From Batkoa obscura (lineage: Eukaryota), in assembly GCA_030770535.1 (NCBI GenBank), contig JASVEC010000002.1, forward strand, positions 744,001 through 808,000: a DNA stretch of 64,000 nt. The letters are read 5' to 3'. The notes under the pieces are model-generated. The model was not told the origin of the DNA, did not search any database, and saw only the letters and a list, made by a program, of their open reading frames with translations. The stretch's first letter is position 1; the number at the start of each line of letters is the position of its first letter. The translations under genes and the position numbers were made by a program. Positions 62,592-64,000 of the stretch are shown here, in pieces.

Positions 62592-63383
62592 ACTATAGCT
62601 TAAGCTAGAAAAAAGTAAATAAACAAAAAACCGACTTTAAAAATTATTATAATTTATATTAAAATAGAGCTGTATAAGCTTTATATAAAATTTTAACTTT
62701 TAAATTTAGCCATGTTAATAAATTTAAAGGTATAATAGAAATGGCTTAAGTTCAAAGTTAGTTTCTATATCTATTGACATTTATTTAAATACTGATTATA
62801 ATGAATTTAACTAACTATATCATGGTATATTTTGTATCGTGTTATATGAAAGAAATAGCAATATTATTATTATTCAAATTTTGATAGAAAAGAATTAGTT
62901 CCATAGTGATTTAAAAATCAAAACTTGGGCTTGGTTTTTATTTTATTAGCTATATGAACTCTATAACAATTTAATACTGTTAAATTGTTATAGTAAATGA
63001 TAGTTTTTTTAATTTATAATAAGAGCCAACATTAAAATCAATAACTTCTATTAACATTAATAAATTAATTATTCTATTAAAACTAACAAATCCTCATACT
63101 AAAAATTGATATTACTAATTTAAGCAACCAATGTTCGCTGTTTACATTAATTTCATTAATGAAAATAGGTATTTTATTGCTACTCCGTAGATTTTTTTAG
63201 ATTCTCCTTTTCCAATGAGGAGTTGTAATTTGTAATTTTTTAGCAAATTTTGGCCAATAACAATTTGTCCGCAAACAATTGTTTAGTTCTTAAAATAACT
63301 CAACCCTTAATCTGGCAATCTATTTAAATCAATAAAATAAAAATAAAAATTCAATTTTTGTTATTTTTACTAATAATTAAAAA

Positions 63384-64000
63384 ATGAGTTTAGAAAGAAA
63401 AGAAAATAAATTGACTAATAGTGTGGAAAAGAGTAAGTTAATTAATACTGATGGCTATATACTAAATAATGAATCTCTTTAATTTTAGTTATTGAAAAGC
63501 TAAGTAATAAAGAACAACGAATTTCAGAATCTTGTGAAAAGTTAAATCCATACTCTAAATTTTGTCCTGATACAAGTAGTTATCCAGTTAAAAAGGGATT
63601 AAATATAACTGAAATTGATGATAAAGTTAAAGGTAAACATTTATTTTTATCATTTAATTAAAAATTATTTATTAATTCAAAAATTCATAGATGGATTAAC
63701 CAAATTGTCAAGAGAAGATTTAAGTGATGCAGCCGCATGTACTTTAAATATTAAAGAGTTGTTATGTTTATTAGAATATCAACGTTGTTCTTCAGACGGT
63801 AAATTAGTACCCATTTGTAACTCAGTACAGTAAGTCTTCATTTATCTAATCCTTTAAAACTCCTTTTAATTAATCCTCCTTAATTAAAGTGAAACGGCTT
63901 TTTCTTCTTGTAGTTCAGAAGGTCAAAAAATTGAAGATGTTAAAAAATTATTTGAAAAACATGTCGATTTTAATAAATTTACTAATGATACTGAATGTTT
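63384..64000 (+). CDS. Multi-exon gene with a Frizzled-like cysteine-rich domain; runs off the window end
   Basis: Exons 63384-63432, 63489-63632, 63691-63829 and 63890-end splice in frame through GT-AG introns. The product has C-x9-C-x38-C-x8-C-x6-C-x9-C-x3-H-x6-C-x28-C. Confidence 0.7.

Overview
Very AT-rich eukaryotic DNA with short (~45-65 nt) GT-AG introns and poly-Asn tracts. A fungal-type complex I 21-kDa subunit together with a RalGAP-alpha-like gene suggests an early-diverging fungus; an Entomophthorales/Conidiobolus-like organism is my inference, not something the sequence proves. I count about 19 protein genes and one tRNA-Lys(CTT). Housekeeping genes: cytosolic GluRS, CCT1/TCP1, CPT/EPT, a complex I subunit, RalGAP-alpha-like and a RING E3. 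Nutrient and detox genes: two inverted, near-identical OPT/YSL transporters, PTR2/POT, an MCT-like MFS, a SUT1/SLC45-like permease, a secreted GH37 trehalase, an ABCC/MRP exporter and two paralogous P450s. There are also two secreted His/Tyr-rich proteins with many dibasic sites. Main observations: (1) a secreted precursor with 17 'GKK'-delimited HY(D)nHHY-type units; (2) a gene at the right edge, rebuilt by manual splicing, with a Frizzled-type cysteine-rich domain that lacks one whole disulfide pair; (3) a ~105-bp TA-flanked MITE family with 12 copies, mostly in pairs, including one empty site visible inside the window; (4) apparent gene conversion between the inverted OPT copies; (5) a GluRS with no N-terminal GST-like domain but a C-terminal extension. 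All family calls come from motif recognition by eye; no searches were run.
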